A DNA stretch of 64,000 nucleotides from Obrimoposthia wandeli (taxonomy: Eukaryota), in contig CDROCS010003157.1 in NCBI GenBank assembly GCA_977020255.1, forward strand, positions 1 to 64,000, read 5' to 3'. Positions within the stretch are counted from its first letter, which is position 1. Every line of letters starts with the position of its first letter. Below the pieces are notes generated by a model that ran no database searches, was not told where the DNA came from, and saw nothing but the letters and a program-made list of their open reading frames with translations. Positions 33,704-48,317 of the stretch are shown here, piece after piece. The position numbers were made by a program, and so were the translations under genes.

Positions 33704-36700
33704 CCTCCTCGAAGCGACATCTTCACACACACACACAGACACAGATTCCTTACTATTGAGATGTGATATTATTTAATAAAATGAAATGTTAAACGCTTCT
33801 TCAAGCTTTTTGTAGGATTCATTTTAAAAGATCGGTAAGGTAGTGTGTATCATAAGAGGATATTTTTGTTAAGATTTATCGATATTATTAACGAAATTTT
33901 ATTTGTCTATTTCAGGTTTTGAATGTTCTATGGAAACCTCAGGGGTCATTTTACATACGCAACGAAATTTAATTGAAAGAATTTCAAGATTTGAATATAT
34001 TTTATCTTTTTCATAATTCAATATTTTAAAAAAAAAAGTAAGGAATCTACAAGATTTAAAAAAACTAAATAATAATAAGTTTGATTTAATTTATTTATGA
34101 AATATTCAATCTCTCTCAATTGTAAGCGCTAAAAGATTTTCCAATTAAACAGTAGTTTTTACAAAAATCGACGAAAAAAAAATTCAAAGCTATATTTAAT
34201 TATAAAATTGACACTGAATTAAAAAGAAAAAAAATGTACATTTTCTAAATTAGTAGAATTTTTTTTTATTATTGGACGATTTGTCTAATTTAATTTTTGA
34301 AAATTAAATTTATTTAAAAAGTCTTTGGTTTAAAAAGAATAATGGAACGGATGAGATATGGCTGAGTCTTTGTAGTAAAAACTCCGAGTACCAGTTCGTA
34401 AATCAAAAGTAACAACAATATTGAAACATTCTGCTAAAATCATATCGCATTATGTAACTGGTATTTTAAAACAACTTGGATACTCAATGAATACTTGAAT
34501 TTTAATTTTTAGTCGGTGCAATTGTTATTTACCTTTAAGAAAATCACATATATTATAATTTATTTAAATGTCAACATACTTGAATACTTGAATAATCTTA
34601 AAATTATTTATTTGAATACATTTGGTCATTTTAAATATGGAAATTGTCATATACCAAAATATTTTAAAGAATTTTTTAACAAGTATTTTATTTTTATATG
34701 TTTATAATAAAATATTTTATTTTTTCTTCAAATATATATAGAAATTATTCTACCGAAAATGATATATACTAAATATGACAATTTATTTGCGTAAATACGA
34801 ACTTATTTTGAGCTAATAACGATTTTGCAATAAAAAATATTTACGAAACATATCTTGAAGAATTTTTGAAACCAAAGAACATTCATTCGGTAATTATGAC
34901 TAATTACATTTATATTCTATTTCTTTCTTTTTAAGTTATATATTGCATTTCATAACAATGACAGGTTTTAAGAATAATTTTGTTTCAAAAGTATTTCGTA
35001 CACAATTTCACTTATTTATCTGACCACTGGTGATGCAATTCCCTGACTATTACTATACGTCAGATTTTCATTTAAAACTATACATATACAAAGGAGTAAT
35101 CCCTAAAGGGTAAATCATCCATTCTTACTAATATTAATTTTACAGAATAAACATTAAATAGGCGACAATTCTATGCCACATATTTGTTATATATATATTG
35201 TAAAAGAGAAAATCAGTAATAATCGTTCTATTACTTATTTTAAGTTCGTAATATTTCAAATTAAATGATTATTTATGTTATTTAAAAAGGTTAAATATAA
35301 ATTACAGAACAAAAACATTTGAAAAACTATTTTAAAAGTTATTACATATTTAAATAAATATATGTTACGAAAAATAATTTGAATTTATTATTATTTTCGT
35401 TTTATTTATAAAAAACATTTATAAATCTTAGTTGTTTGTAAGACATATATTCAAAATTTATGACTATTTAAGTGCATTTAAACACAATTCATTTGATCGT
35501 TTAACTAGACATTTATCAGCTTTTAGCAGTTATGAATAATAAAAGGGTATCCTATGAATATTTATATATAATAACAATTGATTATTTTATTATTCAAATT
35601 TGGTCAAAGTCGGGAATATTCCCTTAAAAGTAAATTAGAAATAATTTTATGAAGAATTCTATTTTGTGAATTTTAATCTGTCATACTAAATAGAGTCTGA
35701 TTAACCACATTGACCAGACCACAAAACAACTGGAATCAGTGGGCCTCATAACAGGGATTAATAAGCGTCTGATATTCCACGACACTTATTAAAATTTCAT
35801 ACGGTACTCTTGTAAGTTGTGAGGCCAGTTTCAGCCGGATCTGATACACGGTCTATCAGAAGATTGTCCTCTGAATTCCTAATGAATTTATTAATTTTAA
35901 TGTTTCAGTTTCTTGTATAAATAATAACAATCAATTCAGCCTTGGCCTTTGTCCTGAGCATATCTGTATCTACATCTAATACATATGTACACCTACAATG
36001 GCGTTGTCTATCAGTTGTTTGTTTTCTTTCCTAAGCTTATCTTCTTCTCCCCATTTTCTTCCACAGTGACACCCTCCTCATCAATATCCATAACATCATC
36101 AATTCGATCATCATCATCTTCAAGCTATGATATAAATTTCATAACGATGTTTGACTTCAAGAGCCTTCTTGAACTAAACCTGGTGGGGTCTCAGCGGCGC
36201 CCTTGAGTTAATGAAGTGACCCAGCTCGAATTTACAGCTGTTGTAATAACCCTGGCGCGCCGTAATTGAGTTTGTCCGAATTACTAAGAAGAACATTATC
36301 AATTGGCCTCTCCCCATACACTGCAATAACCATAAGACTACCTCTTGATTATGAATCAGCTGGAACGCTCAAAAAATGTCCATCTAGATTCAATAGATAT
36401 TGAACTAGGCATGGTAATTAAAAAAAAAATTTACCGTGACAAATTAATCACGTTGAAAGAAAAACGTTAAAAAGTTATTATATATCTATTCTCAAAAATG
36501 CGAATTGAATTCGAATTGGGAATCAGATTACACCATTTTTGTTTAAGAAAGACTTATTTCAGCTGAACTGTAACTATAAAGACAGACAAAATTTTGCTTA
36601 ATAACGTAGCACAGCATATATTGTATTCAAAGAGTTAATAATTACATTTTAATTCATACTCTTGCAAATTTAAAATTTGATATAGTCGGAATTCTCATGC

Positions 36701-37056
36701 AAATATTAACACATTTTATTTTTCTAATTTTACATATTTTATTGTTCCTTTTGCTTGACACTTTCAGACACTATTTAATCGTTTATTTTTGAAAATATAA
36801 TTGTTTAAGCTTATCCACTACTTTTTATTATTATCTGATAACGGTTAGACAATACATGTGATCGTTTTAAAATAAATGCATAAATTCGATATATTTCGTC
36901 TTTTGTAAGATTAGATGGAAGAAACTGAGTAGAATAATACAGTGAAAATATTTATCGTTCTAAGCAGTTTAAAGCATTTTATAAGCGTATTGAATCTATA
37001 TATATATATTTAATCAAACGGTAAAAGATTGGAATTTAATTTAATATTATTAATAT

Positions 37057-37477
37057 CAGGCCCGGTTCTAGGCGTAGGCGACGTCGGCGATAGCCGACGG
37101 CGGCACTTTTCTGAAATTTTTTAGGGCGGCATTTTCTTAATTTTATTTTTGATACTTTTTCAAAACGAAACGAAATAAATTTCAAAATCCATGTAAATCC
37201 ATGGAAGAATTAGTCAAAGATTTTGCAGAATTAAAAGCAAGGAAAATTCACTTTTAATTATGATTTGTTTGCGTTATGTTTTATTTTGGTATAAATTGAA
37301 TTTATTTATGTTTATTTTTGTTTTTATATAATGTTTCTAATTAAATAAATATATATACATAATTAAGTTTAGGTTATATTGTTTTTCTATTTTTCTTCAA
37401 TTTTAAAATAATTGAATTTTTTTGGGCGGCAAATATACATCTCGCCTACACACATAAAAGTTCTAGAACCGGGCCTG
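37057..37477 (+). mobile_element. hAT-derived MITE, copy 1 (421 bp)
   Basis: TIR CAGGCCCGGTTCTAG; 8-bp TSD attaatat/attaatac; internal EELVKDFAELKARKIHF* resembles a hAT transposase C-terminus. Confidence 0.9.
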
Positions 37478-37489
37478 ATTAATACCTCC

Positions 37490-38320
37490 AAGAAAATTGT
37501 TGAAAGCCTTAAATATCATCGTTGATATATATCACCTAAATGTTGTACGCATTAAAAGAGATGCCAGAAAAATAAAATGTCTCAAAAGACAATTTAACAT
37601 AGAGATTTTGGTACAATAGACCATGCAGTTCAACTAAATGCTGATGAAGTTTGGTCCAAATTTAAGAAAAGACCACCGATTTCTAACAAAAATCGTTTTA
37701 AATGTAATGACGAATAATTTATAAAAATGTAATTTTTTCTGATGAAGACATACTACTTAGATAGATTTGTGTAAAATGGAAATTTTTGGTCTGATACACT
37801 TAACATATATACTCTGCGAAAAAGATAATCCAGGCGAGGCTCTATAATGATATGATGAGCAGTCAAGATAAAAATGTGCTCTCTGGATAAATATGTAGAT
37901 ATATTACGGAATAATTTCTAGCAATTATCCACACTAATAACCATTGTCAGCAAGAAAATATTCCTTCACAGATTAAAGAGCGAGTTAAAAGTATCTGATA
38001 ATGTTTTTAGTTGGCCCACACAAAGCCTAGACCTCAATTTGGTTTAGAAAATATGTGGCTGGGTAGCAAATAAAGATTTTGAGAGAAATAAAAATTTTAA
38101 TTAAATTTGGAGACTTGTTTAACTTTAGATATCAAAACATAATATCTACAAAGGTCCAGACAATTAATGAAATGCCTAAATAAAAATGCAATCTAAGTAA
38201 TAGTCGAAAATACGTTTGGTATATTAAATACCGTTTCTTTGAGAGATTTTATGAAGAATTCACTATTTCAATTTTAAAATATATAAAATTGTGTTCCCTA
38301 TTTTTATTGACGTACTACAG
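37490..38320 (+). mobile_element. Degenerate Tc1-like transposase fragment
   Basis: IFSDE near 37735 and WPTQSLDLN..ENMW near 38010-38060; many stops. Confidence 0.5.
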
Positions 38321-40856
38321 TTGAATTTTAGTTGCTAAATTAACATTAATTATATTTCAGGTGAATTTCATTTATTATTAGTTAAATCTGGTGTAAATTA
38401 AATCAGGTTTTTATCATTTCTACTTTAATTCGTTTCTCCCAATAAAATAAAAATTATCCATAATAATCGATAAATACTTCCTGGAGTTTTTCAATATTTT
38501 AAAACATAAAAAGAAAGTTTCAGAATTGTTTTAAAAAATTTATTTACATCAACAATTTATTGAAGTTAGTTAAAGCATTTTCCATCTTTAATTGGTGAAC
38601 ATAAACACAATTAAATGAGCAGTAAGAATGGAGATCAATTCAGATTGTATGAAACAATTGAATTAAAACTGATAGTTAACTTTGGCGTGCCTTTTTAAAC
38701 AATGCTGATTATTTAACTCAATCTGTAATTCCCTAAATCTGTGCACACCCGTAATTACTACTAGGATCACCATCAGCGGTATCAGCATGAGAAGTTGAGC
38801 ATATACAGTATAAATACTACGTCTTTCATTAGGCCAATCCTTGACCCAACCAGCCGGAGAATCAATGAGATTATTAGGAATAATTAGTTTTCTGTTTCAA
38901 CTTTATTGACACACGCATAAATTAGAAACCCACCGAAAGCTACTGGCTGGGTTTGATGACTAGATAGAAACTGTTATTAATATCATTATTGGCCAAAAGG
39001 CTGCAATAGAAACATCGTCAAATTATAGTCCTGTCAAAATGTACAATTTTCACGTAAAATAATCATTTTCTCTGTCCCCGTTTTTTCTTTCCTTTCTTCA
39101 ATTCAAAAAAGATAATTTGACATGATTTGATCGGCTTGAATAAAAAATGATGACTTAATTTACAAAGTTTCTGCTAAATTGAGCGCTGTATTGGTTTGTC
39201 CGTCTTCATTCTACATTGTTTTCATTAATCCCTGATGTCACTTGATGATATAGAGTGTTAAGATGGAACGGTCACCCGGGATTAATGCATCAATGAATTT
39301 CAAAGTTATAATTATATTTTTCAACTGTTGTAAGCTTCTTTCTTTGTTGTGGTTTTACTTTAAAATTTTCAAACATATTTTTTATTATAAATAAGGAATC
39401 ATTAAACAACAAAAATGTATGATAATCTTTTACACAAACTAATATAATAAATGTCATCTTCATTAAATTTTGTGTAGTTAAATTTTAATTTTCAAATGAT
39501 TTTTTTAAAATTTACGTTCGAATTTTTAGAAAAATTGAAAAGAAATGGGAAAAATAATTCATTAACATAATTATAATAAAATGTTTAATACAATTGATTA
39601 ATTATCTTTTGGCTGACCTATTTATCACGTTTCAAACATTCTACAACTCAATCAAGAGTCTTCATATAACAATTAAGCGAAACACAAAATGCTGAGAAAT
39701 CTGAAATATATTGAATGTCGAAATAATTACGCTAACTTCTAAATTTTAAATTCCATTATTCGAGAAACTTTCTAATGCATCCATATTATTAAATATATTG
39801 AAATTTAAATTGTATTTAACAGCAATATTAGAAATGAATTTGACCAGTAATTGTAATCGATTCAGTGGATCTCAATATCATGTTGAGTATTGTAGAGGGG
39901 TTCTGGATTGAATTATGAATCCGACTGACTCAGTTGCGAAGTTCTGATCATCAGGCACGCTCACAAGTGTCCAGCGAGAATATCCACGTCAGCTGCTGCC
40001 AAGATTGTGTGCCAATAACCCAATTAGGGACGGCTAGGCCCGTGGAACCTCTAGATTCCGCCTCAACTGCGTTGCGCATGCCGAGCTACCTCCTAGCTAC
40101 CTCCGGTCTTCCTCCTACCATTCGGGGATGGCCACAAGCACGCGCTCCATTGGGCCCCGAGTGTTGGCAGCTCATAACTCATAACAAGGGCCTCTGAAGT
40201 ACATCGTTGTAGTGGAACTTATATATCTGGGATTTCCTCTTTTTGCCAGTTCTCACTGACCTTTCGAATTTCAAATTTTAATAAAATTTCATTGGTAATC
40301 AACACTTTTGGTTAAAACGACAATATTAAACAAAAATTAAAATAAAAGGATATTTCAATTAAATAAGTATGATGTTAAAATGTTAATTATGATAATGTTA
40401 ATGTTTTGCCGTCGTCAAATGTAAAATTATTTCGTTTTACTTTTAATATTCACTATAACAAATCTATAAACATAATTCATTTATAATTTATATTAAATAA
40501 TAAATTGATAATTCAATATATAGGTGATTGTTTTATTAAAAGGGTAAACCATGATTGTATCGCATCATATTACGAAATTACGAAATTTCCACCTTATGTT
40601 TTATGAATTTCACAAGTTAGTGAACGCTTTATTTATAAGAGGATTCCTGACATTTTTGCGAATGTTTCCTTATTTTAATTTAGAATAAAGACACGTTTTT
40701 AATTGAAATTCTAAAAAACAATTCTAAAATTTATGACACTCAATTTAAATAGAAGAAAAAACTCATATAAATTCAAATTTAATGTATACATTTTGTGGCC
40801 TACAGCCGTATATACATTTTAATTTTTAGTCGGTGCAATTGTTATTTACCTTTAAG

Positions 40857-41277
40857 CAGGCCCGGTTCTAGAACTTTTATGTGTGTAGGCGAGATGTATA
40901 TTTGCCGCCCAAAAAAATTCAATTATTTTAAAATTGAAGAAAAATAGAAAAACAATATAACCTAAACTTAATTATGTATATATATTTATTTAATTAGAAA
41001 CATTATATAAAAACAAAAATAAACATAAATAAATTCAATTTATACCAAAATAAAACATAACGCAAACAAATCATAATTAAAAGTGAATTTTCCTTGCTTT
41101 TAATTCTGCAAAATCTTTGACTAATTCTTCCATGGATTTACATGGATTTTGAAATTTATTTCGTTTCGTTTTGAAAAAGTATCAAAAATAAAATTAAGAA
41201 AATGCCGCCCTAAAAAATTTCGGAAAAGTGCCGCCGTCGGCTATCGCCGACGTCGCCTACGCCTTGAACCGGGCCTG
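40857..41277 (-). mobile_element. hAT-derived MITE, copy 2 (inverted, near-identical to copy 1)
   Basis: Same TIRs; perfect 8-bp TSD cctttaag; a matching empty site lies at 34501-34577. Confidence 0.93.
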
Positions 41278-41651
41278 CCTTTAAGAAAATCACATATATT
41301 ATAATTTATTTAAATGTCAACATATTTATCAATATAAATTATAAATGAATAATGTCGATAGATTTGTCCTGGTGCAGAACAATAGGTTTAATAACACCCA
41401 GCGAATTTCTATAAGTGCCAGTAGTCATTTAAACAAGTGACGTATACTGAAGTTATCATATGCAAAAAATGCTGTGACTCTTAACCAACATGGATTTTCT
41501 GATTCTGCGTAGCCTCCAGAATTCCAGGACTATTGGTAAGTCTCGGGCAGCTCTATTCTCGCACATTTATTTTCAGTCACTTATTCAATTTTTAAAAAAA
41601 TGGTCCTCAGTTTATAGAGAATATTATTTTAAGTGTTAGAATTAATTAGTT

Positions 41652-43912
41652 TAGTGTGCGCCAAGTATTGTGAACAATTTTTAAATTTGATTTTTACGGA
41701 CATTTTAATTATTTGATTACTAAAGTATAATATCTATGTCAGTTTAGTTACTATGTACTTTTGTATTTCAATTAAACTTTTAACATAAATCGATTTCTTT
41801 ATTGACTCAATTAATTATAGTTTATAGAAACATTTTTGAAATAAATAATTGCGATAAGTTTTGTGAACAATTAGAAAAACGTTTGTTTTAAGTCGTTTTA
41901 GTAACTACAATTTTATATGTACAGTATATTTAGGTAATCAAATTCCGAAGGATATATCAGAAAGGATCAGATCTTTAGCTGTATCGAAATAAAATCAAAG
42001 ATTTACAGTAGCAGAAGTTTTTGAAATTTGTGAAATAACTAGAAACTCGGTTTACAAAGTTAAAAAAACCATATTATCGAAGCAAAAGGACCTAGATCAA
42101 TAATAGAATCGCCTTAAGTAATACCACAAGTGAAAAGCGCAATAAGAAAATTAAAAAAGTATAAAATGAAGGTTACTGCCTCTAAGATAAAGGCAAATAT
42201 TCCAGAAATTTTATTCCGTCGGTCCATCCAAAGATGCTTAAAGGTAAATTTTGAATTCATTTTAAAGTCTATACAATTATTTTTTTAAATTAAAGTCAAA
42301 AATAATATCTGTGTGAAGCAATTTTTTATATGATTTACACAATCTATTGATTTAAATTTTTTTAGTGATGAGGTTCGTTTCTCTTTAGATGGACCTGACA
42401 ATTGTATGTCATGGGAACAGGGGCGTGCCAAACTTTTCTGCTGCCCAGGGCGAGTTTATGATAATGATGCCCCTTAGGCCTATACAGGTGCCCCTTAGAC
42501 CTTACCTTAATTAATTAACAATTTTATTATATATATTTACATAGTATAATTCGGGCATGTATACGGTAGTGTCTTCAGTTTGATATACCTAACTTCAAAA
42601 ATAATTCAGGGATAAACAAATTACAGGTGTTGTTAGTTATACATGAGAATGAATAAATCAAAGCTCAAGCAAAAGTGGGATGCTTGTATTATATAGAAAT
42701 CAAGAAATCAAAACCGAAGACTGTAGTAAGTAAAACCAACCGTCGTGTTCGGCAGTAATCGTCATAACAAAGAAAGCGTCATCGAGTGCGCGCTAAATCA
42801 CGCGATGACCAGACGAGCACATTGCACTGGCGGGGAAGAGCAGTTAGTCATTGCTGACTCACCACAATCAGTCCTATGAATCAGTCACACAAGAAATGGA
42901 CTTCTAAAAATAGCACCCTATTTAGTCGGATGCGCGGTTGCTCTATTTCCCGAGTTCCGCGCACAAGACTATATCAGCTTTTACATAAATGAAAACACAT
43001 CGAGAAAAACTTATGTAAAAACCGAACTCTATAGCTTGGATCTGCTGCCCCCTACAGCGTGCTGCCCGGGGCGGCTGCCCCTATGGTCCCCCACCCCCCT
43101 AGGCCCGCCCCTGCATGGGAAATACATAAAGAGTATGAACCTGGTTATCGACGAAAAAGGAAAATGGGTGGTGGCTCAATTATGGTATATGCAGCATTAA
43201 GTAGAGAAGGTTTAATTATATCTAAAAGATTGGAAGGATCACTTAATATTAAAATATGTAGATATTTTAAAAAATGATGTAATTCCAGTTCTAAGAGCCA
43301 AATACAATGGCAGTTTTATCTTACAACAAGACAATGCAAGGCCCCTTGTAAATACGTGTAAGAACGCCACCAACATTTTGAGTCAAAGCGGATTAGTTCC
43401 ATTAAAATGGCCTCCATACAGTCCATACTTATCATTAATAGAGAATGCTTTCAAATTAATGAAGGACTTGGTATATGAAACATCTTATTTTAATGAAAAG
43501 AGACGTTATGGGCCAAAATATAAGATGTAGTTTCAGAGATAAACTCTAGTTTTATTGACGTTGTTCTTGACATGTTTGATAATATTAGTGATAGATATCT
43601 TAATGTTCTTATGAGGAATGGTAATAATAAATAAATAAATATTAAATTATGTTAAATGTGTTTTTATTTCATTTGTAAAATATGAAAATATTAGTGTTCA
43701 CCAAACCTGTCGCGAAATATAATATGAAATAAATTATTTTTTTGTAAATATATGAATATTTTACTTCATGAATAAATATAAATCAATATTTAATTGTATT
43801 TAAAAATAAAACATTTAGTTGGTGTTAAGAGTTAACTTTCATTATTATATTTTATGATTTCAGAAAGATGTGACAATATTTAAAAGTTGTTCATAAAACC
43901 TGGCGCGGACTA
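41652..43912 (+). mobile_element. Tc1-like DD34E transposon, decayed
   Basis: SDEVRF (about 42364), GGGSIMVYA, QQDNARP (about 43324) and WPPYSP.LSLIEN. Imperfect TIRs near 41652 and 43885-43912. Confidence 0.7.
42418..43113. mobile_element. Second hAT-type MITE family nested in the Tc1 transposase
   Basis: TIR CAGGGGCG(T/G)GCC; perfect 8-bp TSD catgggaa; it splits the transposase at CMSWE|IHKE. Confidence 0.9.
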
Positions 43913-45049
43913 TATCGAATCATTTTCTATACATTTTAAATATTTTATTCTATACAGTCAAAGACAGACAAATTTCAATATTATCATAAAACTTCCTATT
44001 TAATTTACCCATTATGTGTACAGGGACAACGCATAATGCGGCAGGTTCCCTTAATAATTTTAAAGGGTTTATGTCTTTATGGATCGATATTTTAAAGTAC
44101 ATGCGCTTTAGTTTCATATTAAAGTGACGTTTTTGAAACATTTTAGTTAAATAAATAATTTACTTATACATTTTTATACAATCTCGCTGAAATTTACGAA
44201 CCAAAAGAGTGCAAAATGACTATTGTAAAACACAAAGAATAATAATTACATTTAGCCAAAAATTTCGAATCCAACTAGAAATTCGTTTCAAATTGAAATA
44301 AAACTGAAAAAGGAAAATAAGCACTTTCTAAGTTATATAAATGATCTTTGAAGCCTTAAAGAAAAGATGTGCTAGCAAAATCGATGTCGCAGCTCATTGA
44401 TGCTAGATTACGGTGACCAAGACAAAGGTCAGCCTGGATCCGAGAACAGAGTATAAACTTTATTCCGGAGAGGGAGCCGACACGCGCCAACAAGGAGTCG
44501 AAGAAAGACATTATCGCCGAGAATCGCCGCAGAACTAATGACCCGGAGATCCCCTGGGTAGCGCCATTCGCAAATTGGCGACTGCGCCCTCGGTGATGTG
44601 GATGATGACGGTGGCAGCAGGAACATATTAATTATGATGTCCATCCTTCACTAGAAAGGGTCACGCTGATTTGCATAACCGAATTTTGCCGGGTCTTCTT
44701 CTTGAACAACAAAAAAACAGATCCTCTCACATTCCCCTTTTCCCCGCCACACACCCTCTACTCACTCTAATGACCGCTGGAATGCATACATATGCATGCG
44801 GGATATCGGTCCTGGAAATTCGTTCTGTCTCTTCGACTTTCCCTTCACAATACACTGCCAAGTTATTCCCGCTAAAATAATGAGCGCATTAACAGAATTT
44901 CTTCTCCTCTCTGTCTCTCATCTTCTTGATCGTCCCGGCGTTGATCTTCTCTGCTAATTGGGACAATTTATTCATATGGTTATCAATCACTAGGGATCGC
45001 CGCCAAGATTAGTATATTTTAATATTGTAATTGAAATTCCCTTTATTTC

Positions 45050-46430
45050 ATTGGCCTTCAATTAATGAATTATTCATTTCCGAATATCATAGTGGAAAGT
45101 TCATGACTTATGGAGATATCATTATGTATAGCTATACAATTGGCCGTTATTTCCCAGTATAAAATATAACTTCAACTTCCAATTCTGGTAATATTCTTCT
45201 GAAGATTTACTTCCGATTTTTTAGATTACCCAAGGAACGGTTTCAAAACCAAATTATTAAAAATTACAATAAATCAAAACAGGGACCATCATTTTTTAAA
45301 ATTAACTGAAGTAGACCTACAATTAAAACAAGGAAACAAAGAGTAAATGTTAAGTAAAGGAATGCTAGGAAAGCGTTTATTAAAGACACAATTCACGAAA
45401 AGGGGTATACAAAGAAGTTAAGATAAAGTTATGAGGAATATTATGCAAATATAAATGAAGAGCTAAGCAAACTATAGCAAATAGAGAGTTGGAGGGAAAG
45501 ACAGAAAAGAGGAGCTAAAAAGATATTTAGATGAGATTGAAAAATTACAGGAGGCGATAAGTCACCCAAATAAACAACACGCATAAATAGAAATTGAAAG
45601 TCAGAGAGTGTCTATTAGTTTAAGTAAAAAGATAATTTAACAGATAATCCTATGAAAATTCAAAGTTGAAAAGATGCTTTAAAAGTAAAGATTAGGAATG
45701 TGGTGGTGGCCTGTTTATCTGCATCATTATTTCGAACTTGATCCTTTCAAGTTAATGGAAAATTGGGATTTTCGGAAAAGGTATAAAACGTGATAATAGG
45801 TAGATTGGAAAGAAGATATGGCGGAATGAAAAGACAGTATCAAAATTTGTTGGACGATGTTTAAAAAAGCAAATATTTTGCTATGTAGATGATAAAAACT
45901 TCGAAAGGTTAACTGAGTTAGTAAAAGATTTTAATAACATTAACACAACTTGGAATAAGATATTACTTAGGAAGCAGTTGTTTATATAAGACGTTGCTAA
46001 AAAGGTTACCTCGAATATCAATTCTAGTTTATAGAGTAGAAACGAAGAAAAAACAGGGAGATTATATTGAAATATTGCGGAAACGAGGCAGCAAAGTACA
46101 GAAGATTAAATAGACACTAATGAAATAGTACGTCGGAAAGATGGATAAACAAATCAAGATTTTTACAAACATAACCCAAGCCAATGTGGTGGACAAAAAT
46201 AAGTTGATCTGAAGAAAGTATTGCCAAAATTGTAAAGAAGAACTTTTCCTTGATTAGTGCACTGCGTTAATAAAATTTTCCGAGAGAGACCGAAAGAAAA
46301 TGATAAAATACAAAAGGTTGTGTAATAAATGCTTAAAGAAAGGTCAATAGCAAAAGATTGTGAGTATGAACAATTATGTTATATGATCGATGTAGTCAAG
46401 TATACCATTGGCTTTTATACATTGAAATAC
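45050..46430 (+). mobile_element. Possible degenerate BEL/Pao gag fragment
   Basis: Purine-rich decayed coding strand with LCNKCLKKGQ..KDC..C near 46315-46380, resembling a BEL zinc knuckle. Confidence 0.3.
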
Positions 46431-46499
46431 AAACGAAAGATCAATGCAGTATAGGAAGACAGACTAATTCGATGGACCAGACGCATTTGGAGGTACAAC

Positions 46500-48317
46500 A
46501 GGTTCGGATTCTGGAGCCGACTCATCCACTCAACTGACTAACAATAAGTGGATGAACGTCATCATCCAAGCACACTTCGAGGACTTTGTGCGACTACTCT
46601 CAAACAATGAATGTATGGATAAAATCACTCAGTCAGATTTTGAAATGGAGCAGCCTCAGTAGAGCGACAATAGCTGGTTGGAGACCATCGAAGAATCCGA
46701 ATTCGAGTTAACAGACGACAGCTGGATGGATGCTGTCAATGAAAATGACTTCCAACCTGCTACAGTTGGATCAACTTCATCAGGTAATTGTTCTCATGAT
46801 TTTTTAAAATTATAAATTAAATATTATATATGATTTATTTTATATTATTTATTTAAATCAGGAATTTTCTTGAGACAAGCGATGCTGTCGTCTACTACGG
46901 CAGCTATGCTCCCCCCAGTGATAGTGCCTACATCAATGTATGCCCGCTTTAGAGGTAATGATTTAAATAAATATAATTTGTTTAATATATTTCTTTCAGC
47001 AGATGCATAATCGGCCTTCCCCGACTGCAATACCCCATTCTTCGATGGCGGCACCATGATCAACTTTGCATGAATTAAGAGGTTAATTATAAATTATATA
47101 AAATATTTATATTATTTTTATCATCTTCGTCTTCAACGTTATCGGCATCCGCTACTGGATACCGCATGGACCAACCAATTCTTCGTCTACAGCCTCTACA
47201 AGCGCTATCGCCTCCTCATCTGTAGCATCACCATCATTCGATGTTGCCACAGCAGCACCATCTACAACAGTCACCGTATACTCAACGGTACAATCAGTCG
47301 TTTAGCCTCAACGTCTACAGCACCATCAACAAATGGAACAGGAATATTTAATATAAATAGTTGTCTTCCCATTCAATCAGAGGGAGGTTTGTCGGCTATA
47401 GTAGGAAGAAAGAGGCGAGACCAATTTCTTAACGAGGTCCTACAAAAAAGTAGAGAAAACTGTTCTACTATAGAGTATCACCTAAATAAAAAATATCCCA
47501 TGGCAAATAAAATGTTATTAAATGTAGGTGTTTTTTCAAATATTGAAAGTTTTTTAAAATCAAAAGTGACTAAATTAGGACAGGCGAAGATTCAGTTTTG
47601 TGCAACAGTGCAGTTACAAATGTCAATGATGAAACTAAAACTTGGGTATTTCACACAAAGCAACTGTTTTCTTTGATAATTTTGAATCCGAGATTGGAAG
47701 AAATTTAGATAAAAAATTGCTATTATAGCGAGTTAAGTAGTGACTGGACTAATTAGAATTCACGATGTTAGCTTTGTTTTAACAAAGTTCACTGACATGA
47801 TTTATCTTTCAAGGAGTTAATACATTCCTTCACTTAGATCTCTTCAATTCTCACGTTCCATTGTTAACGTAAAAAACAGTGATAACCTTTGTTTCCTGTA
47901 TAGTGTTTGTCTGTCCTCAAAATAGATGTTATTACTGTGCACAGAGAGCGTGTCAGTAAATATATCCCTTTTTTAAATGAATTGCAGTATAACGGAATAG
48001 ATTTCCCTGTTAAAGTAACTGCGATATCAAGATTTGAACATCTTAATAACTTGAGTAATTATGTGTTCAAATATAATACTATTATCTCAGTTAATGTAAT
48101 AGAAAATAAATTTAAAAAATAATTTTGTAGATGTGATTTGTAGGAGCAAAAATGAGGGTATTTCGGTCAACTTAACTTTGCTCGAACATAATAATAAATT
48201 CCGCCATAATGCAATTCCCAATTTAAATCGTCTTCTTAGGTTAGGATAAGGTGTAAGTAGTGTCATAGATGTTTGCATGGATTCAGATTCGAGTTCTCTT
48301 ACAGCAAACATCTGACA
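46500..48317 (+). mobile_element. Second, diverged Maverick fragment (accessory gene 3' end plus pPolB 5' part)
   Basis: Homologous to 10780-12400 (SWLETIEESEF; GRKRRDQFLNEV; CHRCLHGFR). Introns at 46784-46861 and 46955-46999 sit at the same positions as in copy 1. Confidence 0.9.

Noticed and set aside
31752-33776. Antisense and alternate-frame ORFs over spalt exons
   Set aside because: Shadows of GC-rich, CAG-rich coding exons.
39880-40260. GC-richer island, possible solo LTR; 87-aa ORF
   Set aside because: No partner copy, TSD or protein motif found.
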